DNA of 64,000 bases. It comes from a virus. The stretch is from positions 1 to 64,000 of IMG/VR virus record IMGVR_UViG_3300045988_120991; one strand, given 5' to 3'. The first letter of the stretch is position 1. The number at the start of each line of letters is the position of its first letter. A program made the position numbers and the translations under genes. The notes under the pieces are model-generated. The model was not told where the DNA came from. It did not search any database and saw only the letters and a list, made by a program, of their open reading frames with translations. Of the stretch, positions 1 through 6,963 are shown piece by piece.

Positions 1-379
1 ATGCGGTGATGAGGTCTGCCTTGTTGGTTGCCCAGGTGTCGATAATTTTGTTGAGAGCTTCATCGGTGTACTGATAGTCATACTGGTCGAGCAGGAACTT
101 CATATTATCGAGTAGTATGTCCCTTTCTTCGTCAGTGATGATTTCCTTTACGAGTTCCATATTAATTTCCTCCTTTTTCTTTTCTGAAGCCGGTTCAACC
201 AGCTCAAAATAACAAGCTTCCACCATAAAGTTGTTGGATTCATCTACAAGATTAGTTCTCTGTTGAGATACCCAAATCGTATCACCATAGACTCTTGTCA
301 CATAGCCAGTCCATCCGTTGGTTGTAATAATATACGGAGTATGTCTAAGCGCTCTTACCTTATCTCCAACACGAAACAT
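1..379 (-). CDS. hypothetical protein (N-terminal ~126 aa; continues past left window edge)
   Basis: Hand translation of the - strand: ATG at 379 with GAGG 9 nt upstream (MFRVGDKVRALRH...). The frame stays open to position 1. An in-frame GGAGG+ATG at 160 could be an internal or alternative start. Confidence 0.55.
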   Translation of the reverse strand, partial: MFRVGDKVRALRHTPYIITTNGWTGYVTRVYGDTIWVSQQRTNLVDESNNFMVEACYFELVEPASEKKKEEINMELVKEIITDEERDILLDNMKFLLDQYDYQYTDEALNKIIDTWATNKADLITA

Positions 380-394
380 AATTATTTACCTCAT

Positions 395-781
395 TTAGTT
401 CATGTAGTCAGTGATGTCGGTTCCGTTGTAGGTGGTATACAGAACGTGGTCGGTGTTATTGTACGCCAGAACAACGATTGCATTTTCCACTTCGGCAGTC
501 TCATAAATGGTTTCGCTCAGGTCGCTGAATGCACTGTCAAAACCGTTTCTATTGAAGGTCGAGGTGGTGTTTACACCTTCGATTGATACGAACACATAAT
601 AGACACCATCGTCATATTCTGTGTGGAGAATCATGTCATCGAGGTCCTCACGTAGTTGTTTGTCGACATCCTGCCATGGTTCATTTCGCTTGATGTTGTT
701 GGCGACTTTCTTGTTGCTGCCACAGGCAGTCAGGGAGAAGACGGTCATAATGGCGAGGAGCATAGCAATAATCTTTTTCAT
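395..781 (-). CDS. predicted secreted lipoprotein (128 aa)
   Basis: Internal start of ORF 395..925. MKKIIAMLLAIMTVFSLTAC is a signal peptide plus an L-T-A-C lipobox. AAGGAA lies upstream. The upstream part of the long ORF looks non-genic. Confidence 0.7.
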   Translation of the reverse strand: MKKIIAMLLAIMTVFSLTACGSNKKVANNIKRNEPWQDVDKQLREDLDDMILHTEYDDGVYYVFVSIEGVNTTSTFNRNGFDSAFSDLSETIYETAEVENAIVVLAYNNTDHVLYTTYNGTDITDYMN

Positions 782-812
782 AGTAATTTCCTTTCTCAGT
801 AATTTTGTATTG

Positions 813-932
813 TCAGTTGTTTTCCGCTTCCGCAATTTCGTCAGCCGCTTCCTTGTGCGTATCACAAGAGCAATACACATCTCCGTTGTCATCGAGGACA
901 ACATAGTGTCCGTATCGGTGGTCAATCGTCAT
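813..932 (-). CDS. hypothetical small protein (39 aa)
   Basis: Hand-translated MTIDHRYGHYVVLDDNGDVYCSCDTHKEAADEIAEAENN. AAGGAG lies 7 nt upstream of the ATG at 932. Below the ORF-track size cutoff. Confidence 0.45.
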   Translation of the reverse strand: MTIDHRYGHYVVLDDNGDVYCSCDTHKEAADEIAEAENN

Positions 933-1089
933 GATTTTTCTCCTTGAGTAGTTCTCTTACATCATGGATGATTTCCACGATGTAATCCCCTTTTCGTATA
1001 TGTTGGCAATGGCCTTTTGCAATACAGTTGCCACATGCACCGCAATTAAGCATTGCCGAAAGGATGCTAAGTTTGTCGAGTACGTTCAT
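922..1089 (-). CDS. hypothetical Cys-rich small protein (55 aa)
   Basis: AAGGAGG upstream of the ATG at 1089 (MNVLDKLSILSAMLNCGACGNCIAKGHCQH...). The stop overlaps the next start. Confidence 0.5.
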   Translation of the reverse strand: MNVLDKLSILSAMLNCGACGNCIAKGHCQHIRKGDYIVEIIHDVRELLKEKNHDD

Positions 1090-1104
1090 TTGGTTTCTAC
1101 CTCC

Positions 1105-1284
1105 TTAAACCATCCTAATTACGACTTCTGTTGTGGAAGATGTTCCCGGCTCAATTAGATACGCAACATCTTCCACTTTATACAGTTTACCGTTTACCTT
1201 TACCTTTTCTCCTTGTCTTGGAAGATATTGCATCGTCCCATTGACAATGAGATCTTTGCCAACATAAAAATACACCCTAAACAT
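1105..1284 (-). CDS. hypothetical small protein (59 aa)
   Basis: ATG at 1284 with AAAGGAA upstream (MFRVYFYVGKDLIVNG...). The stop TAA abuts the next gene's GGAGG. Confidence 0.45.
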   Translation of the reverse strand: MFRVYFYVGKDLIVNGTMQYLPRQGEKVKVNGKLYKVEDVAYLIEPGTSSTTEVVIRMV

Positions 1285-1303
1285 TTGCTTTGTTCCTTTC
1301 CGT

Positions 1304-1441
1304 TTAGATTTTTACCAACGCTTCGATAAGCTGGTAAAAAATGCCTATAATTGTTAAAATAAGAACAATAATTCCGTCTTTCCTTTCGTCCTCTCCGAAT
1401 AAGAGGACGAAGGCATCAATGATAAGTAAAATGGCAATCAT
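1304..1441 (-). CDS. hypothetical small membrane protein (45 aa)
   Basis: AAGGAG 8 nt upstream of the ATG at 1441. MIAILLIIDAFVLLF...GIIVLILTIIGIFY has two hydrophobic stretches. Confidence 0.45.
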   Translation of the reverse strand: MIAILLIIDAFVLLFGEDERKDGIIVLILTIIGIFYQLIEALVKI

Positions 1442-1480
1442 TTGTTTTACTCCTTTGCCTTTTTAGAAATTCGATCAGAT

Positions 1481-1729
1481 TCATTTGTCTTGTTTCCCTT
1501 CAAGCAATTTCAATTTCGGATATTGCTTGTAAATATCATACATCTGCTCTCCCTTACCAAACTCATCGGCAAACTTCTCCATTGCATATTTCAAGCCTAC
1601 GGCGACAAACTTTATTTCTGGTTCAACTTCCGCTCTATCGAGAAGAATAGAAGCAGTTATTGCCAGTCCATCTAAGTAGAGAAACTCCTGATATTTCTTT
1701 TGAGCGAGTTTCTTTTTATGTCCGAACAT
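1481..1729 (-). CDS. hypothetical protein (82 aa)
   Basis: ORF track. TAAGGAGG lies directly upstream of the ATG. Confidence 0.7.
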   Translation of the reverse strand: MFGHKKKLAQKKYQEFLYLDGLAITASILLDRAEVEPEIKFVAVGLKYAMEKFADEFGKGEQMYDIYKQYPKLKLLEGKQDK

Positions 1730-1742
1730 TTTCCTTACCTCC

Positions 1743-2246
1743 TTAATAAATTTCCCTCAACTTTTCCATTTGCTCCTCCGTAAAGATACGGCGAAGCCCT
1801 GCATATTCCTCACCACAAGCAAGGAAAGTTTCCCTTACAGAGATACTGTCGGTACTGTAGCCGAACTCGGCACAGAAGTCACTGAAGCTGTCATAGCCGT
1901 ATTTCTCTACACAAGCAAGGATGTCATACTCGGTAGGGATTGCGTTTGCCTTGAGTTTTGCAAGTTCCTTTGTCCATTTGTTTCTCTCATAGAATGTCAT
2001 ATCCATCGGATTTCGCTTGTGGTATTTGCGACAATAGTCCATAAGGGACATATCAGAGATTTCCGTATTGTGCAGGCTGTCGTAGAACTTGCCGCTGTAT
2101 TTTCCTTTCGGAGTTGTGATGGTGAACCAGTAGCAGTTGTGCAGGTTGCTATCCCACCTTGGTGATGTCTTGCAGAGGAACTTAATTTCCACTGTGGCAT
2201 TGCAGTCAGCCAGAAACTGTTTCGCTTGAGCAACGTAGTCAGTCAT
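1743..2246 (-). CDS. hypothetical protein (167 aa)
   Basis: ORF track. TAATG overlap with the upstream gene indicates translational coupling. Confidence 0.8.
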   Translation of the reverse strand: MTDYVAQAKQFLADCNATVEIKFLCKTSPRWDSNLHNCYWFTITTPKGKYSGKFYDSLHNTEISDMSLMDYCRKYHKRNPMDMTFYERNKWTKELAKLKANAIPTEYDILACVEKYGYDSFSDFCAEFGYSTDSISVRETFLACGEEYAGLRRIFTEEQMEKLREIY

Positions 2247-2536
2247 TATAAAACCCCCATTTCTCTCAGTACGGTTTTTGCCGCAGTAGTGATGTGGTCA
2301 TCGTTGCAACTGTACTTGTCGTACCAGCCGCAAACAATTTCGCTTGGGATGGAACAGTGAATGCAGTCCCATGCAAGTCTTGTGCCGAAGTCCTTGTAGT
2401 TTCCGTTTGCCTTGAGTCTTTCAGCATACTCAGGCAAGTTAGTGATTTTGTTGAAGCTTTCCCTTATGAAGGGGATTTCGCTTTTAAGTTTCATTTCCAT
2501 TACTTCGCTTTCATACATTTGATTTCCGTTTGCCAT
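2246..2536 (-). CDS. hypothetical protein (96 aa)
   Basis: ORF track. Tightly packed in the leftward operon. Confidence 0.7.
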   Translation of the reverse strand: MANGNQMYESEVMEMKLKSEIPFIRESFNKITNLPEYAERLKANGNYKDFGTRLAWDCIHCSIPSEIVCGWYDKYSCNDDHITTAAKTVLREMGVL

Positions 2537-2542
2537 TGCCTT

Positions 2543-2851
2543 TTACATTTCGCTTAGGTCGTCCCAAATCCAAGAGTAAGCACCAATGGGATAAAGGTGT
2601 TTCCCTTGAATGTCCTCTCCCTTGAAGATAACGACTTCTTCTTCCATATATCCCTTGTAGGCAAAAGCATCGTTTGCCTTGTCGTAGCACATTGTGCAGT
2701 CGGGAGCATCGGCATTGACCTCCCTTGCAATCTGGTCGGCTACTTCCTTTGTGAAATACGGACAAGCCCATCCATTCCAGTGATTTCCTTTGGTGTAGCC
2801 CTCATAGATTGGGCCTTCTTCAATTTGAAATTTGCCTTTGAACATAAACAT
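2543..2851 (-). CDS. hypothetical protein (102 aa)
   Basis: ORF track. AAAGGAGAA upstream of the ATG. Confidence 0.75.
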   Translation of the reverse strand: MFMFKGKFQIEEGPIYEGYTKGNHWNGWACPYFTKEVADQIAREVNADAPDCTMCYDKANDAFAYKGYMEEEVVIFKGEDIQGKHLYPIGAYSWIWDDLSEM

Positions 2852-2926
2852 TTCTCCTTTCGCTTGATGGGATTGATTATTAAATTATCACCTCCTTTCG
2901 CTTTGAATTTGCTTTTGCCTTTTGCT

Positions 2927-3400
2927 TTACGCAAACATACCACTGTGGACTTTCTCCTTGTATGTCCACCCCATAGACTTGAGCAATTTGCTCATTTCTC
3001 CAGTAGACACACACTGGAACTCACCCTTGATGGGCAGAGGATTGATAGGACACTTGATGCGGCAGATACACTTGCCATCCTCATGACGGACGAGGAGAAT
3101 GAGCTGCACATCACGATCCTTGGAGTAACGCTCACGAATGAGTTGAGCCTGTTCAGCAATACCGTGAGTACCAAACTTGGGGTAGTTGCTCTGCAACCAC
3201 GGCATCAGATTGGTGTGCTTGGTGTAGATGATAGCCGTGTGGTAGGTGGGCTTGGTGTCGTTGGACTGGAGCAGAGCAATGGCATCGTGGGTCATCTGAA
3301 TGTAGCAATTATTCGTCCCAGCATAAGGACATTTAGCACATGCGTCACCACCATGGCTATTGCACAGAGCCAGAGCCTTCATCACATCATGCTTATTCAT
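2927..3400 (-). CDS. hypothetical protein (157 aa)
   Basis: ORF 2927..3412 trimmed to the ATG at 3400 (MNKHDVMK...), because GGAGG sits 5 nt upstream of that ATG. Confidence 0.75.
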   Translation of the reverse strand: MNKHDVMKALALCNSHGGDACAKCPYAGTNNCYIQMTHDAIALLQSNDTKPTYHTAIIYTKHTNLMPWLQSNYPKFGTHGIAEQAQLIRERYSKDRDVQLILLVRHEDGKCICRIKCPINPLPIKGEFQCVSTGEMSKLLKSMGWTYKEKVHSGMFA

Positions 3401-3624
3401 AGAGTCCTCCACGGTTAAGGTTCGTCAACCATAAAATGTTGGTCAACACATAAGCGCTAACCATTGGGATAGGACTTTTTGAGTGGAAGTCCTTCAGAAA
3501 CCACTCGGCACATCGTGTTGCAAGGTTAAAAAACATAAGCCAAATCAATGGACATTTATGCTCACGGCATTACACGACTGCACCAGATATTCAGTTGTAC
3601 TCGTCAGAACTCGTCCAACGGTTG

Positions 3625-3987
3625 TTAAACGGCGTAGAGCTTACGCCCATAGAGATAGCCACAAGCCTCGATGCACTTGTTCTTCCTCAAGGCTTCAAAG
3701 CCATCCTGACCGCAGATGTCAATGATAGCATCCTCATAGATGGCATCGGCACGAGGATAGTGCTTACGGAGAAGGTTGAGGTAGTAGCTCACAGGCTTGG
3801 CCTCAATCTTCTTCACAATGATGTCGTGGGTGAGAATATCGAGAATTACTTCGGGATTGGTGTTGGGACGCTTGGCACATTCCTGAATAAACTTGTTGGT
3901 GAGGCTGTGATCCCAAGGGATACAGTAGCCACGGAACACCTCTTTCTTAGCGTTGATAGCGTCTCTCTGAATCTTAGTCATCTTCAT
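3625..3987 (-). CDS. hypothetical protein (120 aa)
   Basis: ORF track. Abuts the upstream gene with a 1-nt gap. Confidence 0.75.
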   Translation of the reverse strand: MKMTKIQRDAINAKKEVFRGYCIPWDHSLTNKFIQECAKRPNTNPEVILDILTHDIIVKKIEAKPVSYYLNLLRKHYPRADAIYEDAIIDICGQDGFEALRKNKCIEACGYLYGRKLYAV

Positions 3988-3988
3988 G

Positions 3989-4180
3989 TTACTTGTCCTC
4001 CTTACTGTCGAAAATTGCTACGATCATAGCATGGGTACAGGCAATGGCACAGTGGTCACAGTCAATGTGCATCCCCTTGTTGCAGCAACAGTTGCAAGAA
4101 TGCTTGAAAGCCTTGATTGCCGCCTCTTTGGTCAGCGCATCATATTGATAGTTGATTCCTACCTGCTCGAACTTAGTCAT
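3989..4180 (-). CDS. hypothetical Cys/His-rich protein (63 aa)
   Basis: ORF track. GGAAGGAG upstream. Contains SCNCCCNKGMHIDCDHCAIACTH, a metal-binding-like cluster. Confidence 0.65.
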   Translation of the reverse strand: MTKFEQVGINYQYDALTKEAAIKAFKHSCNCCCNKGMHIDCDHCAIACTHAMIVAIFDSKEDK

Positions 4181-4289
4181 GATTTACTCCTTCCTATGGA
4201 CTTGGCCTTAACTCCCGCTAAGTGAGTGGCACAAACATAAGCCCATAATGATACCCTTGAGCCATACAACTCAAGGGCACGATACGGGT

Positions 4290-4508
4290 TTATAATTTTT
4301 TAAGTCGAGCATAAATGCCATCACGGTTAAGTGATTTGGTACTCAATGTGTAATGGACACCTTTTTTGAAGATGTCCCAACCACCACTTCGTGGTATGAC
4401 ACGAATGTGGTGGAACTTGGCAACGGTGCATAGGGATGAAAAAGAGTTGCTACCACATATGGCAACAACTCTGTGTGCATCTTTGCTAAATAGTTTGAGA
4501 AGATGCAT
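4290..4508 (-). CDS. hypothetical basic protein (72 aa)
   Basis: ORF track. AAGGAG 9 nt upstream. Starts 4 nt after the stop of 4512..4781. Confidence 0.5.
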   Translation of the reverse strand: MHLLKLFSKDAHRVVAICGSNSFSSLCTVAKFHHIRVIPRSGGWDIFKKGVHYTLSTKSLNRDGIYARLKKL

Positions 4509-4511
4509 AAG

Positions 4512-4781
4512 TCAAAACTCCTTGATGGTGCATCTACCATCGAGCCATTCCATCAGGTCAATTGTATGACGACCAAGCATACTTACATATGCCACATTCA
4601 ACTCGAACCACATAAAGTCGTCGTTGTCGCACACATTCTCGAACTGGGCAATGATATTGTGGTTGGTGTCAGCTACAAACAAAACGTCCGCATCTTTGAC
4701 TGTGGACATTGTACCTTCTGCCCAACCGATGATTTTGCAATCATGATAGAGACTATGCAAGTCTGTGAGTGTGAACTTCAT
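4512..4781 (-). CDS. hypothetical protein (89 aa)
   Basis: ORF track. TAGGAGGAA upstream of the ATG. Confidence 0.7.
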   Translation of the reverse strand: MKFTLTDLHSLYHDCKIIGWAEGTMSTVKDADVLFVADTNHNIIAQFENVCDNDDFMWFELNVAYVSMLGRHTIDLMEWLDGRCTIKEF

Positions 4782-4858
4782 AATGAGTTCCTCCTAAGAA
4801 ATATTCGTCCCTCGCTCAATCGATTGCTTGGGACTACGGTATCTATCGGTACAGATAA

Positions 4859-4886
4859 GGGTTAAGCACTCTATAATGCTTAACCC
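4859..4886. repeat. perfect 10-bp inverted repeat GGGTTAAGCA-N8-TGCTTAACCC
   Basis: Read directly. The loop is CTCTATAA. No U-run on either strand. It lies 78-105 nt upstream of the - strand gene starting at 4781. Confidence 0.6.
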
Positions 4887-4984
4887 ATACTCGTAGGTTT
4901 GTAGCAATTCGCATCTAATGCGTATATATAAACACAAGACAAACTGTGTTCATCCCGTGTGGATTTGTGCTCTCATAATTAGAC

Positions 4985-5018
4985 AAAAAATTGGGACGAC
5001 ACCCGAAGGCATCGTCCC
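4985..5018 (-). terminator. rho-independent terminator (UUCG tetraloop)
   Basis: - strand reads GGGACGATGCC-TTCG-GGTGTCGTCCC followed by AATTTTTT. It begins 7 nt after the stop of 5025..5231. Confidence 0.8.
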
Positions 5019-5024
5019 GTGTGA

Positions 5025-5231
5025 TTAGTCATCGAAGCTATAGCTATGTGCTTCACCGTCGAAGCTGATGATGTAGCCATCGTCGGTGAACTCAACAAAC
5101 TCAGCCGACTGAATTGTCTCCTTACGAACGACTTTGTCCACATACTTGCCATAGGCAACGAACATAAGCCCTACGGCTACGAAGATAATCATACGGATGA
5201 TGAATTTGTACTCGCTATTGATTTTTTTCAT
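5025..5231 (-). CDS. hypothetical membrane-anchored protein (68 aa)
   Basis: ORF 5025..5249 trimmed to the ATG at 5231 (AAAGGAG 9 nt upstream). Contains the TM segment FIIRMIIFVAVGLMFVAYG. Confidence 0.65.
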   Translation of the reverse strand: MKKINSEYKFIIRMIIFVAVGLMFVAYGKYVDKVVRKETIQSAEFVEFTDDGYIISFDGEAHSYSFDD

Positions 5232-5346
5232 GATACATACTCCTTTCATACTCGGGGAATTTTTAGTGAGCCAATCTAATGCGTGTGTGTGGTCACATAG
5301 GAGAGAGTGTTCTCAACCTATGCAAAATTACACACTCACAATAGAA

Positions 5347-5380
5347 CAAAAAAAATGGGGGACACCCGAAGGTGTCCCCC
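5347..5380 (-). terminator. rho-independent terminator (UUCG tetraloop)
   Basis: - strand reads GGGGGACACC-TTCG-GGTGTCCCCC followed by ATTTTTTTT, 16 nt after the stop of 5396..5815. Confidence 0.85.
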
Positions 5381-5395
5381 GTGCTGGGAGAGTGC

Positions 5396-5815
5396 TTACT
5401 TGCAGATGCTGTCCTTGAGTGCCTGAAGGTCCTTCTTCGTACCTACGAAGCCGTACTCGTCCTTGGCAACCTTACGAGAGATGCTCGCACGGTCACGCTT
5501 GATAGCCTCGATGAGCTTCTTGGAAGGCTTATAGCCTTCACGCTTGGACTCGAAGTCGGCAAGGGCTTTTTCACGCTTCGCCTTCCAAGCCGCCTTTTCC
5601 TCGTCGGTGTGCCTACGGGACGTGTAGTTCTCCGCCTGCTTGCGGGTGATGAGCTTGGTTTCGCCCTTGGCGTTGGTATACTTGACCATTTCAGCCTCCG
5701 GCTGAACATTGCCAGTGGATTTCTTCACGGGCTTCTGCTCCGCGAGGGCTTTAGCGACCGCCTTAGCAACGATTTCTTCTACCTGCTCCTGAGTAAACAT
5801 AACCTTCTTAGCCAT
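5396..5815 (-). CDS. hypothetical Lys/Glu-rich protein (139 aa), first gene of the leftward arm
   Basis: ORF 5396..5992 trimmed to the ATG at 5815 (MAKKVMFTQEQ...), which has AGGAAGGAGAA upstream. Flanked by its own terminator. Confidence 0.7.
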   Translation of the reverse strand: MAKKVMFTQEQVEEIVAKAVAKALAEQKPVKKSTGNVQPEAEMVKYTNAKGETKLITRKQAENYTSRRHTDEEKAAWKAKREKALADFESKREGYKPSKKLIEAIKRDRASISRKVAKDEYGFVGTKKDLQALKDSICK

Positions 5816-5893
5816 AACGTTCTCCTTCCTGCACATCCGTGGCACGGAGTGCAAAACAAAAATAAAGTCAAGGGATTTCCCCTTGCTGATTGC

Positions 5894-5922
5894 ATTATAC
5901 ACCTTAAAAGATACCGTCTGAA
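5894..5922 (-). promoter_or_regulatory. candidate sigma-A-type leftward promoter
   Basis: - strand reads TTCAGA-17 nt-TATAAT. The -10 is at 5894-5899 and the -35 at 5917-5922, about 80 nt upstream of the ATG at 5815. Confidence 0.35.
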
Positions 5923-5931
5923 CCAAAAAAC

Positions 5932-5955
5932 TTCTCAAAATATCAATTTTGAGAA
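5932..5955. promoter_or_regulatory. perfect palindrome TTCTCAAAA-N6-TTTTGAGAA (candidate operator)
   Basis: Read directly. It sits just upstream of the candidate leftward -35. A third half-site TTCTCAAAA is at 6057-6065. Confidence 0.4.
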
Positions 5956-6056
5956 AATTGAACCTGGGGGTACATAAAACTGGCAAAAGCATTGAAAATA
6001 AACAATTTTGTAAGATGAGGTTATTTTGTATACTGACTTGAAAAATAAGAAAAATT

Positions 6057-6552
6057 TTCTCAAAACAAAAAATCGCAACAAATACCCAAAATCACCCCAT
6101 CCAAAGCAACAAATCTAAACCTATATCTCCACAAACCAAACTCTCAAACCATCCATATTTTCACCCTATAATATACCCATCAATTCCCAATTCCCAAATA
6201 TAAAAGCATCCCACTTCCACATCTCCAAATCCACCATCCAACAAATTTCTCTCGTATCGTACAAGCATTCTACTTTTAAGCAACACAAAACAAATCACCA
6301 AATTCCTCATCATATTGTACTAATACATTAATACAAAATCTAAAATCATAAGTGATCCACTATCGTCCTTCCCATCATCAAAACAGACCACTCAAAAATT
6401 CACCTTCTCACACTCCTATAAACACCTCTCCACATACTTTTAAAACAATCCTCTGCAAAAACTCCACCCTACCGGGGTACTTTCAACTATCCCTATACTA
6501 CTTTTTGCACAAGCCTACCTACAAAATAAAACATAACCCATAAAAAATAAAA
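6057..6552 (+). other. ~495-nt G-depleted (C/A-rich) non-coding tract
   Basis: Hand count: about 19 G in 6061-6540 (480 nt). No credible ORF or RBS. Confidence 0.85.
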
Positions 6553-6610
6553 AGTCCCATCCATAGGACTCTCAACATAAAAATAGTCCCATTTTTAGGA
6601 CACATAACAA

Positions 6611-6702
6611 TATATATTATAATAATATATATAAATATAATAATATATAGATATAAATATATAATAATATATAATATAATAATAAATATATATAATAATA
6701 TA
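6611..6702. repeat. near-pure A/T low-complexity tract
   Basis: About 92 nt of (TATA/AATA)n with a single G, read directly. Confidence 0.9.
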
Positions 6703-6766
6703 TAAGTACAAACACTATTGTCCAATCCTATTTGCCAATCATTTTTTTCTTAAATATAATGTTAAA

Positions 6767-6792
6767 TATTATATTGTTATATTATATTGTTA
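6767..6792 (+). repeat. tandem direct 13-mer TATTATATTGTTA x2
   Basis: Exact copies at 6767-6779 and 6780-6792. Confidence 0.85.
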
Positions 6793-6795
6793 AGC

Positions 6796-6955
6796 GTCCT
6801 AATTTTGGGACTTTTTTAGTCCCGCCGGTGGGACTTTTTTCATATAGGTAGTCCCAATTTTGGGACTTTTTAAAAAGTGTACTAATTTTGGGACTATTTT
6901 CGTGAAAAAGTCCCGCCAATGGGACTATTTTAAAAAAGTGTCATAATTTTGGGAC
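6796..6955. repeat. array of six GTCCY-N-GGGACT(W)TTTT hairpin/iteron units
   Basis: GGGAC starts at 6807, 6830, 6862, 6890, 6921 and 6951 (spacing 23-32 bp). Most have an upstream GTCCC/GTCCT arm and a T-tract. Two degenerate copies are at 6553-6570 and 6585-6602. Confidence 0.8.
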
Positions 6956-6963
6956 TTTTCCCC

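Noticed and set aside
395-925. Full-length 176-aa version of the lipoprotein ORF
   Set aside because: The first 48 codons are Arg/Lys/Thr-rich junk and overlap a better small ORF (813..932) that has its own AAGGAG. The signal peptide only makes sense from the ATG at 781.
2854-2903. Duplicated 12-mer CTCCTTTCGCTT (- strand AAGCGAAAGGAG) giving an orphan SD at 2892-2903
   Set aside because: The second copy has no start codon within reach. It is probably a remnant of a small duplication or deletion and is not reported as a gene.
2597-3418. 273-aa + strand ORF spanning two - strand genes
   Set aside because: It is antisense to well-supported, RBS-preceded leftward genes. It has no SD, and its Leu/Val/His-rich composition is typical of a shadow frame.
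5372-5977. 201-aa + strand ORF (also 5443..5709 -)
   Set aside because: It mirrors the Lys/Glu-rich gene 5396..5815 on the opposite strand or an alternate frame. It has no RBS and runs through the terminator hairpin.
6352-6725. ORFs 6352..6543 (+) and 6519..6725 (-) inside the non-coding hub
   Set aside because: Neither has an RBS. One is a translation of the G-free tract, the other of the pure A/T tract (poly-Ile/Tyr/Leu). Both are compositional artefacts.
6796-6955. CRISPR array interpretation of the GGGAC repeat cluster
   Set aside because: The units are only about 16-18 bp palindromes with irregular 23-32 bp spacing. The material between them is itself repeated (T-tracts, AAAAAGTG), so there are no unique spacers. 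No cas genes are present.
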